Source: Halostella pelagica
GTDB lineage: Archaea; Halobacteriota; Halobacteria; Halobacteriales; Natronoarchaeaceae
DNA length: 32,000 nucleotides
Assembly: GCA_005954745.1 (NCBI GenBank)
Contig: CP040681.1
Coordinates: 1-32,000 of the forward strand
Reading direction: 5' to 3'
Shown: positions 8,112 to 17,207 of the stretch, in pieces
Position numbering within the stretch: the stretch's first letter is position 1
Layout: each line of letters starts with the position of its first letter
Translations under genes and position numbers: made by a program
Notes under the pieces: model-generated
Seen by the model: the letters and a program-made list of their open reading frames with translations, nothing else
Database searches by the model: none
What the model was told of the DNA's origin: nothing

Positions 8112-9078
8112 GACCAGAGTTGGAGTCATCGGTGTCGGCAGTATGGGCCGACACCATGCGCGGGTGTATCGAGAGTTACCGAACGCCGAACTGTTCGCCG
8201 TCGCCGATGCTGATTCGGACCGCGCACAGGAGGTTGCCGACGATTACGACGCGCGGGTCCTCTCGACCGAGGGGCTGCTTAACGCGGTCGACGCGGTGTC
8301 GATAACGGTCCCGACGGAGTATCACTACGCGGTCGCGCGAGACGCGATAGACCACGGAACGCACGTTCTCGTCGAGAAACCGCTCGTCGACGACCCGGAT
8401 GCAGGGCGCGAACTCGTCGAGTGCGCGGACGAGGCCGGACTCACCTTGCAGGTCGGTCACATCGAGCGGTTCAACCCCGCGGTCCAGACGCTCCAGGATA
8501 TCGTCCCCGACCTGGACGTGATCGCGGTCGACGCCCGGCGACTGGGCCCCCCGGTCGACCGCGAGATCAGCGATAGCGTCGTCCTCGATCTCATGATCCA
8601 CGACATCGACATCGTGCTCTCGCTCGTCGACAACGACCTCGAAACCGTCGAATCGTTCCGAACCGGAGACGATCCGTACGTGGCGGCGTCGCTACAGTTC
8701 GAAAACGACACCGTCGGGACGCTGACGGCGAGCCGCGTCACTCAGGAGCGAGTGCGTCAGCTGTCTATCACGGCCCGCGAGTGCCAGGTCAACGTCGACT
8801 ACATGGAACAGACGGTTCAGATACACCGTCACTCCCTCCCTGAGTACGTCGAGACGAACGGCGACGTCCGCTATCGGAACGAGAACGTCATCGAGCGGCC
8901 GACCGTCGACAACGGGGAACCACTGAAGAAGGAACTCGCGTCGTTCGTCGAGGCCGCGACGACGGGCGAAGAGCCCGAGGTAACGGGGGACGACGGGATC
9001 CGTGCCCTGGAGGTCGCCAGAACTATCGACCGGACGGCGTCCGACCGAACTGTCCGGCCGAGGGAGGTGCGTCACTGA
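8104..9078 (+). CDS. Gfo/Idh/MocA-family NAD(P) oxidoreductase, WbpB-like
   Basis: Start chosen at MTKTRVGVIGVGSMGRHH (Rossmann GxGxxG) with an 8-nt overlap onto the aminotransferase. EKP motif (LVEKPL). The longer ORF from 7924 runs inside the upstream gene. Confidence 0.85.
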   Translation: MTKTRVGVIGVGSMGRHHARVYRELPNAELFAVADADSDRAQEVADDYDARVLSTEGLLNAVDAVSITVPTEYHYAVARDAIDHGTHVLVEKPLVDDPDAGRELVECADEAGLTLQVGHIERFNPAVQTLQDIVPDLDVIAVDARRLGPPVDREISDSVVLDLMIHDIDIVLSLVDNDLETVESFRTGDDPYVAASLQFENDTVGTLTASRVTQERVRQLSITARECQVNVDYMEQTVQIHRHSLPEYVETNGDVRYRNENVIERPTVDNGEPLKKELASFVEAATTGEEPEVTGDDGIRALEVARTIDRTASDRTVRPREVRH

Positions 9079-10442
9079 TGGAGCTAAGCAGGAACGAAAC
9101 AACCAAACTGTACGGGACGGAGAGCGCGATAGAGGACCGGCGCGAGGCGTTCGTCGACGGCGACGTACCGGTCGCGGTGTACGGACTGGGAAAGATGGGT
9201 CTCCCGCTCGCGGTCGTCTATGCGGGCGTCACCGGCAACGTCGTCGGGGCTGACGTCGACCGTGATGTCGTCGACAGGATCAACGACGGCGGCTGTCCCG
9301 TCGAGGGCGAACCGCGTCTCCCGGAACTCACCTCCGCCGCGGTCAACGCGGGGGCGTTCCAGGCGTCCGACGACCCCTCCGCGGTAGCGAACGACGCGAG
9401 CGTTCACGTCGTCATCGTCCCGACGACGCTCCGCGACGACTACCATCCGGACCTTTCGAACCTCCGGACGGCAGTTCGCGACATCGCATCGGGTCTCGAC
9501 CCGGGCGACATGGTCGTCGTCGAGTCGACCGTCCCGCCGCGAACCTGCGAAGACGTCATCGAGCCGGTCCTGATAGAGGAGAGCGGTCTCGCGGCCGACC
9601 AGTTCGGCCTCGCGTTCTGCCCGGAGCGAACGTCCAGCGGACGGGCGCTCAAAGACATCCGCGGAGCGTATCCCAAGATCGTCGGCGGCGTCGACGCGGA
9701 AAGCACGGTCGTCGCGGAGACTATCTACGACGAACTCACCGTCAACGACATCGTTCCGGTCAGCGACGCCACGACGGCGGAGTGCGTGAAAGTGTTCGAG
9801 GGCGTGTACCGGGACGTCAACATCGCTCTCGCGAACGAACTCGCAACGTTCACTGACGAGCTAGGCGTCGATGTCAACGAGGCTATCGAAACGGCGAACA
9901 CCCAGCCGTTCTGTGACATCCACGACCCCGGGGTCGGCGTGGGCGGCCACTGCATCCCCTACTACCCCTACTTCCTGATCAAGGAACTCGCGAGCGACGC
10001 GCCGATGCTGCGGACGGCGCGCGACGTGAACGACGAGATGCCGCTTTTCGCGGTCAGAAAACTCGTCGAAGGGTTACAGCGCGCCGGCAAACATATCGAG
10101 GACTCGGCGATACTCGTCCTCGGCGTGACGTACCGGGCGGGCGTCGCCGAGACCCGCAAGACGCCGGCACGGCCGATAGCCGAGAAGCTGAACCAGTTCG
10201 GCGCGACTGTCGTCGCGGCCGACCCGATGATCGACGACTTCTCCGAGTTCGACGTGTACGGTGCGGCGACCGACTCCGTCACCGACCTGGACATCGACGG
10301 GGCGATACTGGTGACGGACCACGAGGAGTTCGAGACGCTCGACTGGAACGCCTTCGACGAGAACATGGTCGTCGTAGACGGCCGTGACGCGCTCGAACTC
10401 GGTGACACCGACCACCACGTCTACACGATCGGGAGCGGGTAA
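9078..10442 (+). CDS. UDP-N-acetyl-hexosamine 6-dehydrogenase (nucleotide-sugar dehydrogenase, WbpA/WecC-like)
   Basis: VAVYGLGKMGLPLA Rossmann motif, catalytic-Cys region GVGGHCIPYYP, 454 aa. TGATG overlap with the upstream gene. Confidence 0.9.
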   Translation: MELSRNETTKLYGTESAIEDRREAFVDGDVPVAVYGLGKMGLPLAVVYAGVTGNVVGADVDRDVVDRINDGGCPVEGEPRLPELTSAAVNAGAFQASDDPSAVANDASVHVVIVPTTLRDDYHPDLSNLRTAVRDIASGLDPGDMVVVESTVPPRTCEDVIEPVLIEESGLAADQFGLAFCPERTSSGRALKDIRGAYPKIVGGVDAESTVVAETIYDELTVNDIVPVSDATTAECVKVFEGVYRDVNIALANELATFTDELGVDVNEAIETANTQPFCDIHDPGVGVGGHCIPYYPYFLIKELASDAPMLRTARDVNDEMPLFAVRKLVEGLQRAGKHIEDSAILVLGVTYRAGVAETRKTPARPIAEKLNQFGATVVAADPMIDDFSEFDVYGAATDSVTDLDIDGAILVTDHEEFETLDWNAFDENMVVVDGRDALELGDTDHHVYTIGSG

Positions 10443-10444
10443 CA

Positions 10445-11476
10445 ATGTACCGGGGCAAGACAGTCGGCGTTGTCGTGCCGGCCTACAACGAGGAGGGGTT
10501 CGTGGGTGACGTGATAGACTCCTTGCCGGAGTTCGTCGACAAGGTGTACGTCGTCGACGACTGCTCGACTGACGGGACCTGGAAGGAGGTCCAGCGACAC
10601 GCAGCGAAGGCGAACGCGCGGCGAAGCGACCCGCCGATCCCCGACGGCGGCGTCGGGTCAAACGACGATGTCGAAGCGGACGGCGGCGTCTCTCTCGACT
10701 CCCGCGTCACGACGATCCGCCACGACGAAAACAGCGGCGTCGGTGCTGCGATCAAGACCGGGTACGCCCGCGCCCGGGAGGCCGGCCTGGACGTAACCGC
10801 GGTGATAAACGGGGACGGGCAGATGGACCCGGATATTCTGGACCGGATCATCGACCCCGTCGTCAACGGAGAGGCCGACTACTCGAAAGGGAACCGTCTG
10901 CTCTCCGCTTCCCACCGCGATGGGATGTCCAGTTGGCGGCTGTTCGGCAACTCGATACTGACTTTCCTCACGAAGATAGCGAGCGGGTACTGGCGGATGG
11001 TCGACCCCCAGAACGGCTACACGGCCATCTCCCTTCGGGCGCTCGAACGGTTAGACGTCGATAATCTGTACGACGAGTACGGGTTCCTGAACGACGTTCT
11101 GGTCAAACTGAACACCCACGGGTTCCGGGTCGCCGACGTTCCGATGGAGGCACACTACGGGAACGAACAGAGCAACATCAAATACGCCGACTTCATTCCG
11201 CGGCTGTCTCTGTTGCTCTTCCGGAACTTCCTGTGGCGTCTCAAGATGAAATATCTCGTGTACGACTTCCATCCCCTCGTTCTCCTGTACACGTTCGGAG
11301 CGCTGAGTTCGCTCTCCGGCGTGGCCCTCGCAGGGGTCACGTTAACGGGGATGGACTCCGTAGTCACGGGCAGTGCGCTGTCGATACTGCTCGTCCTGTT
11401 CGGGGGGACACTATGTACGCTGGCAATGATATTCGATAAGCAGCACAACGAAAATCTGGAACGAAGAACCTGGTGA
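10445..11476 (+). CDS. family 2 glycosyltransferase with two C-terminal TM helices
   Basis: VVVPAYNEEGFV ... VVDDCSTDGT ... NGDGQMDP (DxD-type), and C-terminal hydrophobic segments as in dolichyl-phosphate sugar synthases. Confidence 0.85.
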   Translation: MYRGKTVGVVVPAYNEEGFVGDVIDSLPEFVDKVYVVDDCSTDGTWKEVQRHAAKANARRSDPPIPDGGVGSNDDVEADGGVSLDSRVTTIRHDENSGVGAAIKTGYARAREAGLDVTAVINGDGQMDPDILDRIIDPVVNGEADYSKGNRLLSASHRDGMSSWRLFGNSILTFLTKIASGYWRMVDPQNGYTAISLRALERLDVDNLYDEYGFLNDVLVKLNTHGFRVADVPMEAHYGNEQSNIKYADFIPRLSLLLFRNFLWRLKMKYLVYDFHPLVLLYTFGALSSLSGVALAGVTLTGMDSVVTGSALSILLVLFGGTLCTLAMIFDKQHNENLERRTW

Positions 11477-11484
11477 GAGCATCA

Positions 11485-12546
11485 ATGAAAGTACTGACCG
11501 TCGTCGGTGCACGACCGCAGTTCATCAAGGCGTTTCCGGTTTCGCAGGCGCTTCGAGAGTCACACGAAGAGGTGTTCGTCCACACCGGACAGCACTACGA
11601 CGAAGGCCTCTCGGACATCTTCTTCGAGGAACTTGCGATCCCCGAACCGGACTACCATCTCGGTGTCGGGTCGGCGTCGCACGCGACCCAGACCGCCGAG
11701 ATGATGACTGGAATCGAATCGCTGATCGACGAGGAGTCCCCGGATGTCGTCCTCGTTTACGGGGACACGAACTCGACACTGGCCGCGGCGATCGTCGCTG
11801 CCAAGGAGGATGTCGCGATAGCGCACGTCGAGGCCGGCCTCCGGAGCGAGAACTGGTCGATGCCGGAGGAGGTAAACCGCGTTCTCACCGACCACGCGTC
11901 GGACCTCCTGTTCGCCCCCAGCGAAAGCGCCGCGGAGAACCTCCGTGAAGAGGGTCTCACTGCCGGAGTGCACGTGACCGGCGACGTGATGCACGACGCG
12001 GTTCTCCACGCTCGAACGCGGGCGCAAGACTACTCGTCTATTACCGACGACCTCGGCGTCGACGACGGCGAATACGTCCTCGCCACGGTCCACCGCGCCG
12101 GCAACACTGACGACCCGGAGCGCCTCGAAGCTATCATGTCGGGTCTGTCGGCGTCACCGGCCCCCGTCGTCTTTCCGGCGCACCCGCGGACCGTCGGCGC
12201 ACTCGAGCAGCACGGACTCTGGGAAACGTACGCCGACGAGATGCGACTGATCGAACCGGTCGGATATCTCGATTTCGTTCGACTGCTCGACGGGGCCGAA
12301 CGCGTCGCCACGGACTCCGGTGGCGTTCAGAAGGAGGCGTTCTATCTGGACACCCCCTGCGTGACGCTTCGTAACGAGACGGAGTGGACCGAAACCGTCG
12401 AGTGCGGATGGAACGTTCTCGTCGGCGCGCGGGAGTCGGATATCCGCACAGCGTTGACCCAGCAGTTCGCCCCGGAAGAGAATCCTCCCCTGTACGGGGA
12501 CGGTACTGCCGCCACGAGAATACTGGATGCCCTCAACTATGCGTGA
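11485..12546 (+). CDS. wecB: UDP-N-acetylglucosamine 2-epimerase (non-hydrolysing), WecB/WbpI-like
   Basis: MKVLTVVGARPQFIK ... VHTGQHYD ... VYGDTNSTLA ... TDSGGVQKEA. An alternative GTG start at 11473 would give a GTGA overlap. Confidence 0.9.
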   Translation: MKVLTVVGARPQFIKAFPVSQALRESHEEVFVHTGQHYDEGLSDIFFEELAIPEPDYHLGVGSASHATQTAEMMTGIESLIDEESPDVVLVYGDTNSTLAAAIVAAKEDVAIAHVEAGLRSENWSMPEEVNRVLTDHASDLLFAPSESAAENLREEGLTAGVHVTGDVMHDAVLHARTRAQDYSSITDDLGVDDGEYVLATVHRAGNTDDPERLEAIMSGLSASPAPVVFPAHPRTVGALEQHGLWETYADEMRLIEPVGYLDFVRLLDGAERVATDSGGVQKEAFYLDTPCVTLRNETEWTETVECGWNVLVGARESDIRTALTQQFAPEENPPLYGDGTAATRILDALNYA

Positions 12547-13444
12547 TGACCACGCGTTCGCGCTGTGTCTGACACACGACGTCGATAGGCCGTTCAAAAC
12601 CTATCAGTCGATCTATTACGCGTTGCAGGAGCGGCCGTTGTACCATCTCAAAACGGCGATCCGGCGGACCAACCCGTACTGGCAGTTCGACGAAATACGG
12701 TCGCTGGAAGCCGAACTCGGCGTTCGCTCGGCGTTTTACTTCCTGAACGAACCGCACCTGTTCAGGGGGACCAGCCCCCGCGAGTGGTTTCGACCGGCAC
12801 GGTGGGTTCAACACATCGGGAGTTACGACGTGGAATCGCCGGAGATCGCCGACGTTATCCGGTGCCTGGACGCAAACGGCTGGGAGATCGGCCTCCACGG
12901 GTCCTTCGACTCATACCGCGACAAGGAACGGCTTCGATACGAGAAGGACGTTCTGGAGAACGTTCTGGGTCACCCCATCGTCGGCGGTCGGCAACATTAC
13001 CTGCATCTGGACGTTCCGGAAACCTGGCGGTACCACGACGACCTCGGTCTCCAGTACGACGCCAGCCTCGGGTCGTCACACGAGTACGGTTTCCAGCACG
13101 GGTACGAACCGCTCCGTCCGTTCGGCGATTCGTTCGTCGTCTTCCCGCTGACCGCGATGGAAACCGCCCTTCCGGACCCCGACGAGGAGTTCGATAAAGC
13201 GTTCGAAGCCTGCGAGGACCTGCTCCTGGAGGCCGCGGCGAACGACGCGGTCATGACGGTGTTGTGGCATCCGAGATACTTCAACGAGGACGAATACCCC
13301 GGCTACCGTCGGCTGTACTATCGTCTCGTGGAGCGGGCGCTCGACCTGAACGGCTGGGTCGGTCCGCCCGGCGACCTCTACCAGCAACTGATGTCGACGG
13401 AGGAGCGTGCGGAACGGGGTATGGAGAGGATAACAAAGTTCTAA
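12527..13444 (+). CDS. polysaccharide deacetylase-like (CE4 / beta-alpha barrel deacetylase superfamily) protein
   Basis: LTHDVD near the N-terminus and GWEIGLHGS resemble deacetylase metal-site motifs. No signal peptide. An alternative ATG at 12539 gives an 8-nt overlap. Confidence 0.6.
   Translation: MPSTMRDDHAFALCLTHDVDRPFKTYQSIYYALQERPLYHLKTAIRRTNPYWQFDEIRSLEAELGVRSAFYFLNEPHLFRGTSPREWFRPARWVQHIGSYDVESPEIADVIRCLDANGWEIGLHGSFDSYRDKERLRYEKDVLENVLGHPIVGGRQHYLHLDVPETWRYHDDLGLQYDASLGSSHEYGFQHGYEPLRPFGDSFVVFPLTAMETALPDPDEEFDKAFEACEDLLLEAAANDAVMTVLWHPRYFNEDEYPGYRRLYYRLVERALDLNGWVGPPGDLYQQLMSTEERAERGMERITKF
13430..13438 (+). promoter_or_regulatory. TATA-like box ATAACAAAG (internal promoter candidate)
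   Basis: Lies inside the last codons of the deacetylase gene, 40 nt upstream of ATG 13470. Confidence 0.35.
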
Positions 13445-13469
13445 TCCACCTCACCGAGGAACGAACCAG

Positions 13470-14474
13470 ATGAACATCGAACGCCTGACGTTGGACCAGT
13501 GGGCAGACGCCCTACCGTCCGGCGGATTCGACGTGTTTCACACTCCTGAAGCGTTGCGAGTACTCGACGACCACGCCCCCGGGACTATGACGCTACTCGG
13601 CGGGTTCAAGGGACAGCAGTCCGTCGCACTGTTTCCCGCGTTCGTCCGAAAACGGTCTGTCGGCCGGGCGGTCACTTCACCGCCACCGTCGATGAGCGTC
13701 CCACACATGGGACCGATCATCAACCCCAATTCGCCGAAACAGCGCAAGCGGGAGAAACTGAACCGGAAGTTCGCTCGGGGCGTACTCGACGAACTGGACG
13801 CGTCGTCCGCACAGACGCTCTTCCGCGTCGTCACGACTCCCGGATACGGCGACCCGCGGCCCTTCGACTGGGCCGACCTCTCCGTCGAACCCGGTTTCAC
13901 GTACCGGTTGCATCTCGACGGGCGGTCGCTCGACGACGTCATGAGTTCGTTTAGTAGCAGCCTCCGCCGAGATATCCGCAAGGCGAAGGAGTCGGACGCG
14001 GAGATCTCGGTCGAGGGTGTCACGGCGGCCCGTACGGTATTCGACCGCATGGTCAACCGGTACGACGAAAACGACGACACGCTCCCTATCACGTGGCCCT
14101 TCATGCGCGACCTGGTCGACGCACTCGACGACCGGTGTCGCGTGTACGTCGTTCGGACGCCGGACGGCGAGTTCCTGAGCGGTATCGTGACGCTCTTTTC
14201 GAACGACACCGCCTACTTCTGGCAGGGCGGCGCTCGGGCCGACTACGACGGCGTCAGCGTCAACAGCCTGCTCCACTGGGCGATCATCGAGGACGTTGTC
14301 GAGGATCCGGTGCTCGATTCGGTCTACCAGTACGACCTCGTCGGCGCGAACACCGAGCGGCTCTGCAAGTACAAAGCGAAGTTCGGCGCACAGTTGCACC
14401 CCTACTACGTCGTGGAATCCGCCGGTCCGAGCATGGAGATCGCAAAGCGGGCCTATCAGCTCGTCAAGCAGTAA
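13470..14474 (+). CDS. FemAB-family / GNAT (PF13480-like) acyl- or aminoacyl-transferase, paralogue 2 (334 aa)
   Basis: Shares with 2445-3449 the blocks GFKGQ..V.LFP, SPPP...VP..GP, KQRKRE, RPF.W.D, FSS..R..IR, Y.WQGG.R.D and YDLVGA...R...YKAKFG. Last gene of the operon. Confidence 0.7.
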   Translation: MNIERLTLDQWADALPSGGFDVFHTPEALRVLDDHAPGTMTLLGGFKGQQSVALFPAFVRKRSVGRAVTSPPPSMSVPHMGPIINPNSPKQRKREKLNRKFARGVLDELDASSAQTLFRVVTTPGYGDPRPFDWADLSVEPGFTYRLHLDGRSLDDVMSSFSSSLRRDIRKAKESDAEISVEGVTAARTVFDRMVNRYDENDDTLPITWPFMRDLVDALDDRCRVYVVRTPDGEFLSGIVTLFSNDTAYFWQGGARADYDGVSVNSLLHWAIIEDVVEDPVLDSVYQYDLVGANTERLCKYKAKFGAQLHPYYVVESAGPSMEIAKRAYQLVKQ

Positions 14475-14679
14475 CGTCCTCCCCACCGCACTCGTTCCAT
14501 CGCTACCGCGCTCGATCCGTGCGGAAACGGGGTGCTGACGAACTATCGTAGCCACTGAGACGGTTCACACGCTGACCGCATCGCTGTCGTGCGATCAGGT
14601 GTGCATTGAGTTTCAGTGTGTACTATAACTGCAACAGGAACTCCAGTAGCGTATCGCCGGCTCTCGACCACTCTCCTTT

Positions 14680-17163
14680 TCAGGTGAGCCGGCGGACTGC
14701 GACGAATCCCGAGAGACAGACCGCAATCAACGCGACGCCGACACCGAACCCGGACATTCCGTTGCTCTCGCTCGTCCCGTTCGTCGGTTCCTCCCCGCTC
14801 TCGGCTTCCTCGACCCGGACCGTTGCTGTCGCCGCTCTCTCCGCAGTTTCTCCAGCAGTGATCTCGTAGGTCCCCGTCCGGTTAAATCGGACTGTGGCGG
14901 TCACGTCGGCCGATCCGTTAGCCGGGACCGTGACAGACTCAGTGGCGACGGGACCGTCGTCGGTGCGGAACGTAACCGTCCGCGTCAGCGCCGAGTCCCG
15001 GTCGTTACTCACCGTCGCCGTCACTTCGACGGGCGTTCCCGCGGTTACCTTCTGGTCGGTCACCGTGGTCTCTCGGACGACGCCTCCCGTTTCGGCGGGG
15101 ACGACCGCTACCGGCGACGATTCGTCGTTCACGGAGAGAGTCGCCTCCCCGGTTTCGTCGGGGCTGACCGGCACGGTCACGGTTTCCGTTCCGTTCGCGG
15201 GCACTGACACCGTCCGCGACGTGACGTTCTCGCCGTCGAGGGCGACTGAGACGGTTTCCGTCGCGTCGGCGGTGCCCTCGTTCCGCAGCGTTGCGGTCAC
15301 GTTGTTCGTCTCGTCGGCGCGGAGTTCGCCGCCGGTTTCGATGGCCGTTACGCTGACGTTCGGCCGCCGCACCGCGAGTGCGACCGACGAGAACTCGCCT
15401 GTAGTCGCTTCGAACCGGTACGGCTCCGCCGGTTCATCGGCCGCCGTCCCGTTCAGCCGGTGCCACTCGTTGCCCGTCCGCTGGTACAGCGCGGCGTCGG
15501 CGGGACGCTCCAGCGATTCCCCGTCCACTTGAACGGAGTACGTAACCGATTCCATCTCGACCGCCGGCCCGTCACTGACCGAGACCGTTACGGGCACGGA
15601 ATCGGCTCGTAAACCGTCGGCCGCTTCGGTAGTCACGCTCGCGTTGAGGCTCTCGGCGCTCTCGGCGGGGACGAACTCGACGCTAACCGACCTGTTTTCC
15701 CTCCTCTCCCCTACCGGTTCGAACTGGACCGCCTCTCCCGCGCGAACGTTCTGGGCGGTCACCCGTGTGCTGTCTCCATCTCTGACCGTCTCTACGGTGG
15801 TCTCCGGCGGACCGGAGGTATCAGATACCGGGGCACTGCCGGCGGCTCCGCCGCCGCTCGGACTCTCGCCGTCATCGTCCTGATTCCCGTTACCGGCATC
15901 GCCGTTTCCGCCGTCCGGTCCCGATCCGTCGCTGTCATCGTCGCTACCGCTCTCGCCACCGCCATTGTTCCCGTCCCCGCCGTCATCGTCCGCTTCGATC
16001 GAAATCTCGAACGATTCCTCTGCGGTGTTCCCGCTCGGGTCGCTAACGGTGACCGTGACGCTGTAACTACCCGCCTCGTCGAACGTGCGGGTGATCTCCT
16101 CGCCGGTCACCGACTCGGTGCCGTCGAAGGTCCACCCGACCGAGGCGACCCGGTGATCGTCGCTCGACTCGCTCGCACTCAGCGTCAGCGTCTCGCCGGC
16201 AGTCCCGCTATCCGGAACGTCAGCCGCGACGGTCGGCGCTGTCTCGTCGGTCACGTCGACCGCGGTCTCGGCGGTATCCCGGTTGCCGTTCCCGTCGACG
16301 ACGGTGACCGTTACGGTCCGTTCACCCGGTGTGTCGTACCCGTATCCGGTCGACGGTTCCGCAGTGGTCCGATCAACCGCTCCGTCGCCGGTCAGATCCC
16401 ATCGGTACTCCGCGATGTTCTCACCCGCCGAACCGCTGGCGTCGAACGTGGCTTCGTCTCCTAGCTCCACGGAACCGGGAGATGCCGCGAGCGAGGCCGA
16501 GGGCGACGCACGGTCGCATCCGCCCGTTCGAACCGTCGCCGAACTGTCCATCGAGAGGTCGACGTGGTCACCGTCGGCGTCGCGGGCCGTCCAGCCTCGG
16601 ACTCCGTCGCTGAACTCCGCTTCGACGGTGATACCGTCCGGTCCAACCCCGCGGAACGCGCCACCGTCCGTGCGGTTTTCCTTCCAGTACCACTCTACGG
16701 TGCTTGCGTCGCCGTCGCGAACGAAACTATCGTTCCGTCTGGGGTAGTCGTCGTCCTCGACGGCCCACTCGCCGTTCTCGGGGAGGTCGGTCAGGGTCGC
16801 GTTTATCTGTCCGCCGCCCTCTCCGTCTCCGAGCCTGCCGTGGATGAAGACGAGGCTCGCTCTCTCGCTCCCGTTGTAGACGAAGAGCTGACTTTCGCCC
16901 GTCCGCTGTAGCTCTCTCGTTCCATAGGAACTGTACACGCCGACGTCGTCCGTTTCGTGCGACCGGTAATCGTAGTAGGAACTGACCGATTCGGTGGCGT
17001 CTCCGTACATGGTTAGTTCCCGGCAGTCCCCGTCCTGTACGACGGACGCGGTTCCCTCGTTCGCCGCAGCGACGGGAACGCCGGATATCAGTGCCACGAA
17101 GCTCGCTGTCGTGAGAACCATCGCGAGCGAGATACTCGCGAAACGCGTTGTTTGAGAATGCAT
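14680..17163 (-). CDS. secreted surface protein: signal peptide, 2 PKD domains, D/G/N-rich linker, PGF-pre-PGF-like region, 2 CARDB-like domains, PGF-CTERM-like anchor
   Basis: Start chosen at MHSQTTRFASISLAMVLTTASFVALISGVPVAAA (signal peptide). PKD signatures are FDASGS...YRWDLTGDG and WTFDG. The C-terminus is SGFGVGVALIAVCLSGFVAVRR. Many N-x-S/T sequons. The 72-codon extension to 17379 overlaps the upstream gene. Confidence 0.85.
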   Translation of the reverse strand: MHSQTTRFASISLAMVLTTASFVALISGVPVAAANEGTASVVQDGDCRELTMYGDATESVSSYYDYRSHETDDVGVYSSYGTRELQRTGESQLFVYNGSERASLVFIHGRLGDGEGGGQINATLTDLPENGEWAVEDDDYPRRNDSFVRDGDASTVEWYWKENRTDGGAFRGVGPDGITVEAEFSDGVRGWTARDADGDHVDLSMDSSATVRTGGCDRASPSASLAASPGSVELGDEATFDASGSAGENIAEYRWDLTGDGAVDRTTAEPSTGYGYDTPGERTVTVTVVDGNGNRDTAETAVDVTDETAPTVAADVPDSGTAGETLTLSASESSDDHRVASVGWTFDGTESVTGEEITRTFDEAGSYSVTVTVSDPSGNTAEESFEISIEADDDGGDGNNGGGESGSDDDSDGSGPDGGNGDAGNGNQDDDGESPSGGGAAGSAPVSDTSGPPETTVETVRDGDSTRVTAQNVRAGEAVQFEPVGERRENRSVSVEFVPAESAESLNASVTTEAADGLRADSVPVTVSVSDGPAVEMESVTYSVQVDGESLERPADAALYQRTGNEWHRLNGTAADEPAEPYRFEATTGEFSSVALAVRRPNVSVTAIETGGELRADETNNVTATLRNEGTADATETVSVALDGENVTSRTVSVPANGTETVTVPVSPDETGEATLSVNDESSPVAVVPAETGGVVRETTVTDQKVTAGTPVEVTATVSNDRDSALTRTVTFRTDDGPVATESVTVPANGSADVTATVRFNRTGTYEITAGETAERAATATVRVEEAESGEEPTNGTSESNGMSGFGVGVALIAVCLSGFVAVRRLT

Positions 17164-17207
17164 CTTGACGAAACCTACTGGAGGCGGTGTTCTTTCAGAA
17201 TGCTGTC

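Noticed and set aside
13677-14555. 292-aa antisense ORF over FemAB-like paralogue 2
   Set aside because: It is antisense to an ORF that has a conserved paralogue elsewhere in the window. It has no motifs and is Arg/Val/Asp-rich shadow sequence.
15830-15995. Low-complexity GC-rich repetitive DNA that could suggest a microsatellite or repeat array
   Set aside because: It is in frame within the surface-protein gene and encodes a D/G/N/S linker. There is no regular repeat-spacer periodicity.
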